Positions 48,431 to 57,678 are shown, counted from the stretch's first letter. The stretch: DNA of 60,980 nucleotides from an uncultured virus (IMG/VR IMGVR_UViG_3300020049_012467) (IMGVR_UViG_3300020049_012467), one strand, 5' to 3'. Program-made: numbers and translations. The notes: generated by a model not told the origin, from the letters alone.

Positions 48431-49008
48431 CCGGTACAAGAAATATTTCCCTTGAAGACAAGTTCTGGTCTATGGTTGACGTTCGTGGCGAAGACGAATG
48501 TTGGCCGTGGCTTGGTGGAACCAACGGCAAGTCTGGTGGTTACGGGCGGTTCTGGAATTTCGAGGAAAAGTATGTTGAATACTCGCATCGTATGGCGTGG
48601 CAACTAGATAGAAAGAAAAAATTACCCAAAGGAAAAGCCAAAGCCATCCGCCACAAGTGCGATAATCCGCCGTGCTGTAACCCAAAGCATCTTCGCAAAG
48701 GAACTCAAGTAGCCAACCTAGCGGACATGGTAAGCAAAGGTCGGCACAATGCGTCGCGCGGGGAAACCAAACCACAAGCCAAACTGAATGAGAGACAAGT
48801 GGTGAAAATATTGAAGTCTCCGTTGAACAACACAGAAATGGCGGCAGCGCTAAACCAGCGTGTAAACCGGAACACGATTTGCCAAATCCGTACTGGTGCC
48901 ATCTGGAGTCATGTCAGACCAGATATTAAACGAAGGCCATCAACCAATGCCCGTGTACGTGGACGGAATGAAGGCAAAGTCGCCAAGTCTCAAAGGAAGA
49001 CAGGGTAG
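48427..49008 (+). mobile_element. HNH homing endonuclease
   Basis: CWPWLG...GYG...SHRMAW...RHKCDNPPCCNPKHLRKGTQVANLADM, then AKL...V..I HTH tail. Confidence 0.9.
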
Positions 49009-49327
49009 GTATGTTTTTTCGCATCTAGTCGCCGATACGCTGGACGAACTGCACGAAATGGCGACCAAGCTTGGCGTCAGGAAATATTTTCAGGAACACG
49101 CTTCGTTTCCGCACTACGACATTACGCAATCGAAGAAGGCGCAGGCCATCCGTCTTGGAGCCATCGAGATTGATCGCAACCAGCTTGTCCGCTTTATGCG
49201 AGAGTACCGCGCCAAGGAAAACGAAGCAGAACCACGCCTGACGCGCGTCATCAAAATGATGGACAAAGACGACGAAATTCTGTATCATGTAACACCGCGC
49301 CGATTGGGGCGCATGGGGCGTTACTGA
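48947..49327 (+). CDS. DUF4031-family protein
   Basis: VYVD...SHLVADTLDELHEMA..LG...FQ.....HYDIT..K...AI.LGA. Confidence 0.8.
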   Translation: MPVYVDGMKAKSPSLKGRQGRYVFSHLVADTLDELHEMATKLGVRKYFQEHASFPHYDITQSKKAQAIRLGAIEIDRNQLVRFMREYRAKENEAEPRLTRVIKMMDKDDEILYHVTPRRLGRMGRY

Positions 49328-49340
49328 AGGAACCACGCCA

Positions 49341-49838
49341 ATGAATATTTTCATGGTCGACTCTGATCCACACGACTGCGCCGCAGCGCACGTCGACTCG
49401 CACATTCGCAAGATGATTATCGAGTACGCGCAACTCCTGTCTGGCGCGCATCACTACCACAACTCGTCGTTTGCAGGCAGGCTCTACAAGCCCACGCACA
49501 TGAACACCCGCTATCCGAAATGGGCTCGGGAAAATTCCGCCAACTACCTGTGGCTCCGCGACCTGTGGATTGCCGTGCAGGACGAATACGCGTTTCGTTT
49601 CGGCAGCTACCACAAGAGCATGGGGCTCACAAACTTCCTGCGCATGCCGCCGCGCAAGATGGATCGCAGCAGAAATATTTCTCACCTGCCGTATCCTGAC
49701 AAGCTCGATCAGGCATGGATTGTCGACGGCAATCCGGTCGCCACATACCGCAACATTTACAGGTTCGGTAAATCTCACCTGCACGCATGGACAAACCGTC
49801 CGCAACCAGACTGGCTCCAAGGGGAACTGCAATGCTGA
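49341..49838 (+). CDS. Pyrimidine-dimer DNA glycosylase / endonuclease V-like protein
   Basis: MNIF..D.DP..CA..H.D.H..KMIIEYAQLLS...YKPTH...W......NY.WL...EY..RFG..HKS...YR..Y...K....WT.R..P.W. Confidence 0.75.
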   Translation: MNIFMVDSDPHDCAAAHVDSHIRKMIIEYAQLLSGAHHYHNSSFAGRLYKPTHMNTRYPKWARENSANYLWLRDLWIAVQDEYAFRFGSYHKSMGLTNFLRMPPRKMDRSRNISHLPYPDKLDQAWIVDGNPVATYRNIYRFGKSHLHAWTNRPQPDWLQGELQC

Positions 49839-50176
49839 CCGAATACGACAGCGTAAAAATTGGATCGGTGTGGAAGCACAAGGGCGGGGCGCTCTACATT
49901 GTCGTCGCCATCACCAACACTCTGGAACCGCCAAAGGAAAAATTTCCCCCGACATTCGTGTACGCCAACCTGTCCAGCATGGCGGCGCGAATGGTCGTGG
50001 AGGATGAAACGCTCATTCCGGAACAAGGCCCGGCCAAGATTGAGTTCTTCTCGGCGCAGGCCGACGACTGGAAGCGCCGCATGACTGAAGTCGCGGTGAA
50101 GGACACGCTGTACGCAACAATCATCCTCGGCAGGATGACGGGACTGGCGCGGATACTCAGGGGCGAAAGACTGTGA
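49832..50176 (+). CDS. Hypothetical protein (DUF1653-like start)
   Basis: GSVWKHKGGALYIVVAITN. Confidence 0.55.
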   Translation: MLTEYDSVKIGSVWKHKGGALYIVVAITNTLEPPKEKFPPTFVYANLSSMAARMVVEDETLIPEQGPAKIEFFSAQADDWKRRMTEVAVKDTLYATIILGRMTGLARILRGERL

Positions 50177-50940
50177 ATTATTTTCTCGACTACGACAAGA
50201 CGCCCGCTGACATTTCGTGGCTGCCGCGCAAGGATGAGCCTTGGGAAGTCGTAAAGACGTTTGCGCACTTCATCGAGAAAGCGATGATCGTTCCGCCGAC
50301 GTTTATTTCCTTTGGAGAAATGCAGAACGCCGAATCCCTGTCGTGCGTCGGATGGTACATCGATTTCTGCGAGCGCAAGAACCTCAAGTTTCCGCTCTAC
50401 GCCATTCACACGCCAGTCAGCACGCTTCGCCGCAACATTGAAAGCGCAATCGTCCGCGCCGGTAAGGACAACATTATCCGTTTCGAAGTCGTTGACGGCG
50501 AGGAAGAAAAAATCGAACCAGAAGCGCCTGCTGAAAAACCAATCGTTACGCCTCAGACGGTCGATGACGAGCGCATTGCAATCATGAAGCAGCGCAGCAA
50601 GGCGCTCGCCAATCAGCGCGAACAGGATGAACGCCGCGCCAACTGGCAACGGTCGCAGGAAAAACAGCTTTCGCAGAAGCGCCAATCTGCACGCGGCGTC
50701 ACTGAAGAAACGACTGTGGAAATATCTGACGAGCCTCGCAGGCGCGGTCGGCCTCCCGCCGTGCTCGATGTGTGCTGGTCTACAGTGCAATTCCTAGAAG
50801 ACGCTGACAGCGGCGCGTTGTCCCGTCGATCTGGCCCGTTCTACGCAATCAACCTGCAAGGTGAAAGCCTTGGCGAAGTCATCGTCGGGAAAAAAATCAC
50901 TCTCCCGGCTGGCACGTTCTACATTGCGAGGGAGCCATGA
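50173..50940 (+). CDS. Protein with degenerate cyclic-phosphate-processing receiver-like N-terminal domain
   Basis: FLDYDKTP...W.VVK....F.......P.FISF...V.W.IDFC......P.YAIHT......NI. Confidence 0.5.
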   Translation: MNYFLDYDKTPADISWLPRKDEPWEVVKTFAHFIEKAMIVPPTFISFGEMQNAESLSCVGWYIDFCERKNLKFPLYAIHTPVSTLRRNIESAIVRAGKDNIIRFEVVDGEEEKIEPEAPAEKPIVTPQTVDDERIAIMKQRSKALANQREQDERRANWQRSQEKQLSQKRQSARGVTEETTVEISDEPRRRGRPPAVLDVCWSTVQFLEDADSGALSRRSGPFYAINLQGESLGEVIVGKKITLPAGTFYIAREP

Positions 50941-51134
50941 ACGCCCTTTGGACCGTGGTAATCATGCTCGGTTGCGTTCCGGCAGTGACAGCCGCCGCAG
51001 TGTTCAGCTACGTAACCAAACTCGGACTTGGACTAGACGTGGCTAAAATGGTTTGCGCACAAGCTCTGCAAACTACTGTCCCAATCGCAATGACGGCGAT
51101 AACCGTCGTCTATCTCGTTCACACGTACGGATGA
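50937..51134 (+). CDS. Small membrane protein
   Basis: GGAG RBS; hydrophobic. Confidence 0.55.
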   Translation: MNALWTVVIMLGCVPAVTAAAVFSYVTKLGLGLDVAKMVCAQALQTTVPIAMTAITVVYLVHTYG

Positions 51135-51147
51135 AAGGATTTTTTCC

Positions 51148-51516
51148 ATGTACCTTCTGACCATGTACCGCGACGGAGCCAAACAGGCTCGCTGGACTGT
51201 TCATCACCTGCCCGGCAAGTTCGACACGTCGAAAAAAATTCACGGCCTGCGCGACAAGCTGCTGGTCAACGCTGCGCAGTTCCTCAAGAAGAAGCGCATT
51301 GTCGGCTCGGCCAGCGAAGGTTACGCGAAACCCAAAGGCGCGTACGACAACGCGTTCAAGCTGATGAACATTCCTGAACGGTTCGATTTTTTCGTTCTCG
51401 ACATGATTGGGGCCAAACCGAAGTTCTACTACCCGACGCGCGTTGAACTCATCAATCCAGCCGCGAACCCCGCTGGCGACGCTGCGCTGGATGCTGGCGT
51501 GGTGATCCTCAAGTAG
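51148..51516 (+). CDS. Hypothetical protein
   Basis: AAGGA RBS. Confidence 0.65.
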   Translation: MYLLTMYRDGAKQARWTVHHLPGKFDTSKKIHGLRDKLLVNAAQFLKKKRIVGSASEGYAKPKGAYDNAFKLMNIPERFDFFVLDMIGAKPKFYYPTRVELINPAANPAGDAALDAGVVILK

Positions 51517-51606
51517 TCGGGTAAACCATCTGCTTCCGGCGACTGCAACCTCGCTGGTTTTTTCAGACTAGATGAACAGAAGCACAAGATCAAACAGGAG
51601 ATACAA

Positions 51607-51801
51607 GTGAAAAAATTCTACTTCGCCGCAATCGCGGCGGCGGCTCTCGCCATCGCAGCCTGTGACAATTCCCCGATGGAAGAAGCGACCACGGACGTTC
51701 CGGTTGCAGGTCCGCCCTCGCCGGTCGCCACGATTGACGCCGACGCCGCTCCCACAACCACCCCTGTCGTCGAACCTGCTCCGGAAGCTGCTGCTCAGTA
51801 G
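51607..51801 (+). CDS. Small lipoprotein
   Basis: AGGAG RBS; lipobox IAAC; terminator at ~51832-51863. Confidence 0.7.
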   Translation: MKKFYFAAIAAAALAIAACDNSPMEEATTDVPVAGPPSPVATIDADAAPTTTPVVEPAPEAAAQ

Positions 51802-51889
51802 TTTTCAGAATCAGTAACGCCGACAAACATGACCGCCGCCAGTTTCCCCGCTGGCGGCGGTTTACGTTTCAAGCACGAAAGGGTTGATC

Positions 51890-52228
51890 ATGAAAAATTT
51901 TCCTCTGCACTGCGTTGTCATCTTCAAGACGACTGACGTCACCCTCATGAGCAAAAACGAGAATGGCCTAGCGACCATTGCTGATCGTACAATGTATCGT
52001 ATTGGGCATGTTCGTGACCCGAATGAGTTTTTTCTTCTGGAACAGAAACTTGGTCACTGGCTCGGTATCTGGATGAAGAAGCATTTCAACGGAGCGCCAT
52101 TCTCAGAAGATGCCTCGGAAGCGGAAAAATTAGCTGGAGACATTCTGAACGAGCGCATCAAGTTGCAGCTACCGGTCGCTGGCATTGTCACGATTGACGC
52201 GTCCAAGTACAGCTTCCCGCTGATATAG
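51890..52228 (+). CDS. Hypothetical protein
   Basis: ORF with plausible start. Confidence 0.55.
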   Translation: MKNFPLHCVVIFKTTDVTLMSKNENGLATIADRTMYRIGHVRDPNEFFLLEQKLGHWLGIWMKKHFNGAPFSEDASEAEKLAGDILNERIKLQLPVAGIVTIDASKYSFPLI

Positions 52229-52343
52229 AAGCAATTTCCGACGCGCGTTCCTTAACGTATGTAAAATATTGGCAAGAATCGTCACGTTTTGGCCTGACAC
52301 CACTAATTCATGGCGACGCTTACCAACCGAAAAGGAACCGTCA

Positions 52344-53366
52344 ATGAAACTGCGCCTCAATCTGGAGATTGATGCCAAAAACAGCGCTGACGCATTTGCC
52401 GTCCTCAAGGAAATGATCGCCAAGCACGATCTGGACATTGAAGACATTGTCGTCACCGCCAAGGCAAAGTCTCAAACCGGAAAAAATGTTCCGGCTCCAA
52501 CCACTGCACCAACCCCTCCCCCGGCTCCGGTCACTGTGCCGGAACAGGAAACGGCTGCTGAAGATACTCCGCCGCCGCCCGCCCCTGCCGCCACGTCCGA
52601 CGCGGATGCTGCACCTGAGCAAGACGCTCCGGTTGAAGCCCCGCCCGTCGAACAAGCGGCGCCGGAAGTCGTGAACGAAACTGCTGCGCCGGAAACGGCT
52701 GCCAGCACAGTCGAGGAAAATATCCCTCCGACTGCTCCTGCCGAAACTGAGGCTCCGGTCGAGGCTCCTGCCCCGGCTCCGGAAACCGCCGCAGAAGTTC
52801 CGCCGCCCTCGGCTCCGGAAACTGCTGTGGACGCCCCTGTTGCACCGGCTGAAACCGCCGCAGAAAATATTCCGCCTGCTGAAACTGCTGACGCTGCCCC
52901 TCCGGCTGCTGAAGTTGTCGAAGACAAAGCGGAAGACGAAGTTGCGGTCGTTCACCCCGACATTCCGGCAGACGAAACTGTGGCTGCCGCCGCAGAGTCG
53001 ACGACTCTTGAAGCTGCGACCGGCGTTGCCGAGGAAAATATTCCTCCGGCTGCTCCGCTTGAAGCGTCCACTCTTGACGCTTCTACGCTCGACACCGCTG
53101 CACACACTTCGGAAGCCGACGCGTCTGCGCCTGCTCCGGAAGCAGACAAACCGGTGGAGGGAGTCGACACCCCTTTCCAATCAACGGAGACACTGACCGA
53201 GAGCGCAAGCTCCGCGCCAGACTCAGAGCCCGCGCAAGTCTCCGGGGAACAGAAAGAGGTTCTGATGATTGAGTCGTCCGTTGTGGGCGACGCACCGGCT
53301 GCTGAAGGAAATATTCCGGAAGCCGTCGATGAGCAACCCAAGACGGATGAAGCCGCTAAAGTCTAG
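52344..53366 (+). CDS. Pro/Ala/Glu/Thr-rich low-complexity protein
   Basis: AAGGA RBS; repeats ETAA and ENIPP; terminator at ~53392-53423. Confidence 0.75.
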   Translation: MKLRLNLEIDAKNSADAFAVLKEMIAKHDLDIEDIVVTAKAKSQTGKNVPAPTTAPTPPPAPVTVPEQETAAEDTPPPPAPAATSDADAAPEQDAPVEAPPVEQAAPEVVNETAAPETAASTVEENIPPTAPAETEAPVEAPAPAPETAAEVPPPSAPETAVDAPVAPAETAAENIPPAETADAAPPAAEVVEDKAEDEVAVVHPDIPADETVAAAAESTTLEAATGVAEENIPPAAPLEASTLDASTLDTAAHTSEADASAPAPEADKPVEGVDTPFQSTETLTESASSAPDSEPAQVSGEQKEVLMIESSVVGDAPAAEGNIPEAVDEQPKTDEAAKV

Positions 53367-53461
53367 CGGACTCAACCAGACCCTACAGAAGCACCGGCCC
53401 GGCGAAAGCTTGGCCGGTGTTTTCGTTTCCGGTAAATATTCCGCTCAGCAAAGGCGGATGC

Positions 53462-54142
53462 ATGCCCAAGATCAAACAGAAACGGGACAAGGAATGGTCA
53501 CGCCGCACCGTCGGCGGATCGAGCAAGAAGGGCATGGTGGATCGCATTCGCGTTCTGGACGGCTACCACACGCCCAAGATTGCCGTTGATCGTCTGGTCG
53601 AGGAAGTGGAACTGAAAAAATACGTGTGGGAGTGCGCCAACGGCCACAACCGCATTTCCGACCGTCTCACCAAGAAGCACCGGCGCCTCGTGTTTCGTTC
53701 CGACATTCACCGCTGGGTTCCAGAGACGCAGAAAATAATCGACTTCACCGACGCAGGCTTCCGCCCGTTCAAGGGCAAGACTTTCGACATTGTGACCAAC
53801 CCGCCGTTTGTGCGCGGACAAGAGTTTGTCGAGAGCGCCATGCGCCTTCTGCTGCCCGGCGGCAAACTCTGTCTTCTGCTGCGGCTTCAGTTCCTCGAAG
53901 GCGGCAAGCGTCAGGCCATGTTTGGAAAATATCCTCCCAGCGAAGTTCTGGTTTTCTCCAAGCGCCTGCCGCGCATGCATCGCTTCGACTACGACTTGGA
54001 GAAGATCAACCGCGAACGCAAAAGAAAAAATCTCAAGCCCATTGTGGCGTCGAGTGCGCTGGCCTTTGCGTGGTTTGTCTTCGAAAAGAAATCATCGCCA
54101 ATTGCACAGGCCGGGGTACGCACAGAACTTAGATGGATATAA
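53462..54142 (+). CDS. DNA amino-methyltransferase (N6-A or N4-C)
   Basis: YHTP, WECANG (motif I-like), SDI, IDF, IVTNPPF, LLRLQFLEG..R, FAWFVF. Confidence 0.85.
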   Translation: MPKIKQKRDKEWSRRTVGGSSKKGMVDRIRVLDGYHTPKIAVDRLVEEVELKKYVWECANGHNRISDRLTKKHRRLVFRSDIHRWVPETQKIIDFTDAGFRPFKGKTFDIVTNPPFVRGQEFVESAMRLLLPGGKLCLLLRLQFLEGGKRQAMFGKYPPSEVLVFSKRLPRMHRFDYDLEKINRERKRKNLKPIVASSALAFAWFVFEKKSSPIAQAGVRTELRWI

Positions 54143-54145
54143 CCG

Positions 54146-54781
54146 ATGGGTAGACGTCTTTCTAGGAAAACTTACTATACAGGAGTACCGTGTCGAAATG
54201 GACATGATTGTCATCGTTATGACAACGGCAAGTGCGTGGAGTGTCATAGAGCCACGGTTATGAGGCATTATAGAAAAAATCAAGAAACGGCATCGGCTAG
54301 ACGTAAGGCGTATTATTGGAGTGATCCTGAACGCGCGCGGCAGGCGACGAAAGAGTGGACTACAAATAATAAAGAACGAAAACGCGCATACGGCAAGATG
54401 TATGCGCAGACCGATAAGTTTAAGAAAAGTTGTACGATCCACAGACACCGTCGCCGCGCCAGACTTCGTATAGCGTCCGGTAATTTCACAAAGAAGGACA
54501 TTGCCAGATTACACAACAAGCAAAAGCGGCGATGCTACTACTGCGGTAAGAAGTATAAGAAAAAATTTCACATAGACCATTATGTACCGTTGGCTAGAAA
54601 AGGTAGCAACTGGCCTTCCAATCTTCGGATCACTTGCCCACGCTGCAATCTGTCGAAGGGTGCTAAGCTTCCATGGATTTTTATTCCTCAATCCAATCGA
54701 CGGATCATGTTGGAAACGAAAGTCGATGCGCCGCTTACTACAAGAACGATCAGAGCGCTGGAGAATCTTGGATGGATTTGA
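54146..54781 (+). mobile_element. HNH endonuclease (Zn-binding, free-standing)
   Basis: YYTGVPCRNGH...CVEC; CYYC...HIDHYVPL..KGSNWPSNLRITCPRCNLSK; AT-rich codons. Confidence 0.88.
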
Positions 54782-54812
54782 TCCCGGTAAATATCGGGTT
54801 TCGGAGGACACC

Positions 54813-55118
54813 ATGAACGACACCGGCTATCGCGTCATTGCGAAACAGGCGACCAACCCCGACGTTCAGTTGTACGTGCCGGGCGATCACGTCATGCTGT
54901 ACGCCTCCAAGGTGGATAATCATCCGGAGCCGTTGTTCACCGTGGCGCTGGCGTCTTCCGACGCTTTCCACGGCCAGCAATATTTCTTCAACGAGGAAGC
55001 GGCGCGGGAATGCTTCGATCTACGGGTCGCTTCCTCGTCGCCGCGCCTCGGCGTGTACCACATTGAGGAATTTTTCTTCAACGACGAGCATCGCGAAGCA
55101 TCAATCAGGACTCATTGA
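54813..55118 (+). CDS. Hypothetical protein
   Basis: GGAGG RBS. Confidence 0.6.
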   Translation: MNDTGYRVIAKQATNPDVQLYVPGDHVMLYASKVDNHPEPLFTVALASSDAFHGQQYFFNEEAARECFDLRVASSSPRLGVYHIEEFFFNDEHREASIRTH

Positions 55119-55131
55119 TCAGGAGAAGACT

Positions 55132-55458
55132 ATGAAATCGTACATGAACTACGGCCGCGCACTCGAACTGCTCAAGGAAGGAAAATTTCTGACCCGCAAG
55201 GGCTGGAACGGCAAGGGGCTGTTCGTCTACTTTGTGCCCGGTCACACGTTTGCGCGCGAAAATTCGCGCGGACCTGTTGCAATCATCGCCGCCGAACTCG
55301 CTCTCGAAGAAATCACCTACCAAGACCATCTGGACATGCGCTACGCGGATGGCCGGTTCGGCGTGTGGTTGGCTTCGCAGTCGGATCAACTCGCGACCGA
55401 CTGGTACGAAATCGAAGCTGGCGATCTTGCCGCACACGTCGGCGCGGGCATTGTCTAA
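55132..55458 (+). CDS. DUF2829 / Tad2-like nucleotide-signal sponge protein
   Basis: MNYGRALELLKEGKFLTRKGWNGKGLFV...W.ASQSD.LATDW. Confidence 0.8.
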   Translation: MKSYMNYGRALELLKEGKFLTRKGWNGKGLFVYFVPGHTFARENSRGPVAIIAAELALEEITYQDHLDMRYADGRFGVWLASQSDQLATDWYEIEAGDLAAHVGAGIV

Positions 55459-55460
55459 TC

Positions 55461-55703
55461 ATGCAGACGCAGAAATATCTGGCGACACGTGCTTGGGACA
55501 CTGACATACCGTTGTACTTGGGTAACCCTCCTGAAATACGGTGGACAATTGATCCACACGCAGCCAAGCAGTTCGACAGCATCGAAGAAATTTCCGCGCT
55601 CATGGCTGAAGAACCGCACGCGTTCAGCATTGACGGCGTACCGCAGAAGATCAAGGCCACGTTGCTGACAGTCCACATCGGCTTGCTACAGAACCCGCTC
55701 TAG
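55461..55703 (+). CDS. Hypothetical protein
   Basis: Packed ORF. Confidence 0.55.
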   Translation: MQTQKYLATRAWDTDIPLYLGNPPEIRWTIDPHAAKQFDSIEEISALMAEEPHAFSIDGVPQKIKATLLTVHIGLLQNPL

Positions 55704-55782
55704 GAGGGACCAGTGAATTATTTCGAATACGACGTGTTTTCAGGCAGTAGCAGCAATCCCGCTGCGGCCATGGAAACATGTC

Positions 55783-56169
55783 ATGATCCGCAAGAACTAC
55801 GCGCAGAACGTCGAACGCTGGAATTACGACCAAGGCGTGATGTGGCGCAAGGAAGATCGCCCTGTCATTGAAGGCGGCAGGTACATTCACAAGGACGTTT
55901 TCGGGTATCGTTCGCCCGGAACTCACTACGAACGGAGGAAATATTTCGACTCCATCGACCAAGGCGTGAAACCCCGCGCCCGTCGCAACCATCTTCACCT
56001 GCCGAACAGTTGGGATGATGTCCCGCTGGCGCGCGGAGGCGCTTACACTAAATCGTGGAAGCGTGCTACCAAGTCCCGCAAGCAGTACATGAAGCACAAA
56101 CAGCATCCCAACTGGACTGAGGAAAAATTCAATGACCAAGAAGAAAACCACGATCAAGGACCTTGTTGA
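55783..56169 (+). CDS. Basic hypothetical protein; true start possibly 55713 across a frameshift
   Basis: RARRN..LPNSWDD....KSWK..K.RKQY. Confidence 0.6.
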   Translation: MIRKNYAQNVERWNYDQGVMWRKEDRPVIEGGRYIHKDVFGYRSPGTHYERRKYFDSIDQGVKPRARRNHLHLPNSWDDVPLARGGAYTKSWKRATKSRKQYMKHKQHPNWTEEKFNDQEENHDQGPC

Positions 56170-56599
56170 CGGCACGCCGAAAAAGAAGCGCCCGCCGCCA
56201 GCGCCGCACGTGTTCAAGTACGAACCGATGGCGGTTTTCCCCACGAACCACATGGGCGTGGACAACTACAGCGCCGCGCTGAACCACGCTCTGTCTGCGA
56301 CGCGCAGCCCCGGCAGCAAGCTCTACACGCCGTACGAAAATATTCACTACTGGAACAAGGCGTTCATCGGCTGGCTTCTGTTCGACTTCCGCCCGACGTG
56401 GCGCGGACTGCCCGCAAAGGTCTACGTGCTGAAGACTTCCGCCGAAGCCGAAGCCAAGGCGCAGGAAATCAACTTCGATCAGACGGACGACGAAGCCGCC
56501 TCCGCTGCGGTCCAAGATCACGCGCCGCCGGAAGAAGTGGTGGAAAAAAAGAAAGAGAAGAAGCGCGGATGGTTCACCCGCTTCTTCCTTGGTGACTGA
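56132..56599 (+). CDS. Hypothetical protein
   Basis: GAGG RBS; terminator at ~56626-56655. Confidence 0.65.
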   Translation: MTKKKTTIKDLVDGTPKKKRPPPAPHVFKYEPMAVFPTNHMGVDNYSAALNHALSATRSPGSKLYTPYENIHYWNKAFIGWLLFDFRPTWRGLPAKVYVLKTSAEAEAKAQEINFDQTDDEAASAAVQDHAPPEEVVEKKKEKKRGWFTRFFLGD

Positions 56600-56663
56600 A
56601 AACTCTCACCAGCATGATTCGGATTACGCCGCAGCTTCCAGTTGCGGCGTTTTTCGTGCCTGT

Positions 56664-56692
56664 TTGGCGTTCCCGCTGGAGTATGGTAAAAT
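56664..56692 (+). promoter_or_regulatory. Promoter TTGGCG-N17-TAAAAT with extended TG
   Basis: Exact 17-nt spacer; TATGGTAAAAT. Confidence 0.6.
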
Positions 56693-56733
56693 AGACTTGC
56701 TGCAATCCGCAGCCGACATGAGAGGGCTTGAAC

Positions 56734-57606
56734 ATGCGTACCGACGTTTTCTACCAACTGGCAGACGCCGTTGAAGGCGACAAATATTTCGACATGTACT
56801 TTGGTCAGCAGGAACACGGCACGCTAGGCCACCTGATCGACCTGCACCCGATTCTGTGGCACGGCGGAACAAAGAACTTTCCAGATCGCGTGTGCAAGTC
56901 GCTGGGAATTCCGCGCAAAGCGTACATTGAAATTTTCTATCCCAAGCTGCGCGACGCCAACTGGCGTTCATCGACGCAGAAAGGCGAGAAGGCCAACATC
57001 AGCGCTGCAATGTGCGCGCGGTATCTGCGCCGTCTCGCCGTCACGTACGAAGAACTGACGTACGAGAAGGTCAAGCTTGGCCTCACAAAGTTCGTTCTGC
57101 CCATCAAGAACGCCGAGGAATTATTTTCCGCCGCAACGCTGCGCAAGATGTGGAACATGGCGCGCTATCCGCGCAACGTGAACCGGCCGCTGATCCAGCA
57201 AGCCATTGACGAGACGAAAAGACGCCTCGCAAACGACAGTCTGGTTTGCCCGCATACGCCGTTCCGCAACGCACAGCAATTCAACTCGACCACGCTGGCA
57301 GTGTCGGATATTTTCTTCATGCTGCTGAACTGGCCGTCCGACAACGACGACAACACGAAACGCTTGTCCATTCTTGCCGACAACATTCGCCTGCCAATCT
57401 CGGAACTGCGGCGCATGTTTATGCCGACATGGGACAACGAAGGCGTCAGCGGCGACTCTGGACCGTGGAACAAGCTTGCATGGATTTCGCCTGAACACAT
57501 GCTGTCCATGCTGGAAGTGCTTAAAGAAACTGGAGAAGTATCGTGGCGCATGTCGCGCACACGAATGGAGGGAAAAAATGCAGAACGAACCGAAGCCGTT
57601 GCTTAG
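56734..57606 (+). CDS. Hypothetical protein with an internal domain duplication
   Basis: LGIP..AYIEIFYP...NISAAMCARYLRRLAVT vs IRLP.SELRRMFMP...WISPEHMLSMLEVLKETG. Confidence 0.7.
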   Translation: MRTDVFYQLADAVEGDKYFDMYFGQQEHGTLGHLIDLHPILWHGGTKNFPDRVCKSLGIPRKAYIEIFYPKLRDANWRSSTQKGEKANISAAMCARYLRRLAVTYEELTYEKVKLGLTKFVLPIKNAEELFSAATLRKMWNMARYPRNVNRPLIQQAIDETKRRLANDSLVCPHTPFRNAQQFNSTTLAVSDIFFMLLNWPSDNDDNTKRLSILADNIRLPISELRRMFMPTWDNEGVSGDSGPWNKLAWISPEHMLSMLEVLKETGEVSWRMSRTRMEGKNAERTEAVA

Positions 57607-57678
57607 CACGGTACATGAAGCCATGATATTTTCCGCCATCGTCGGCATGTTTGTCGGCATTGCAATAGGACTCGTGCT

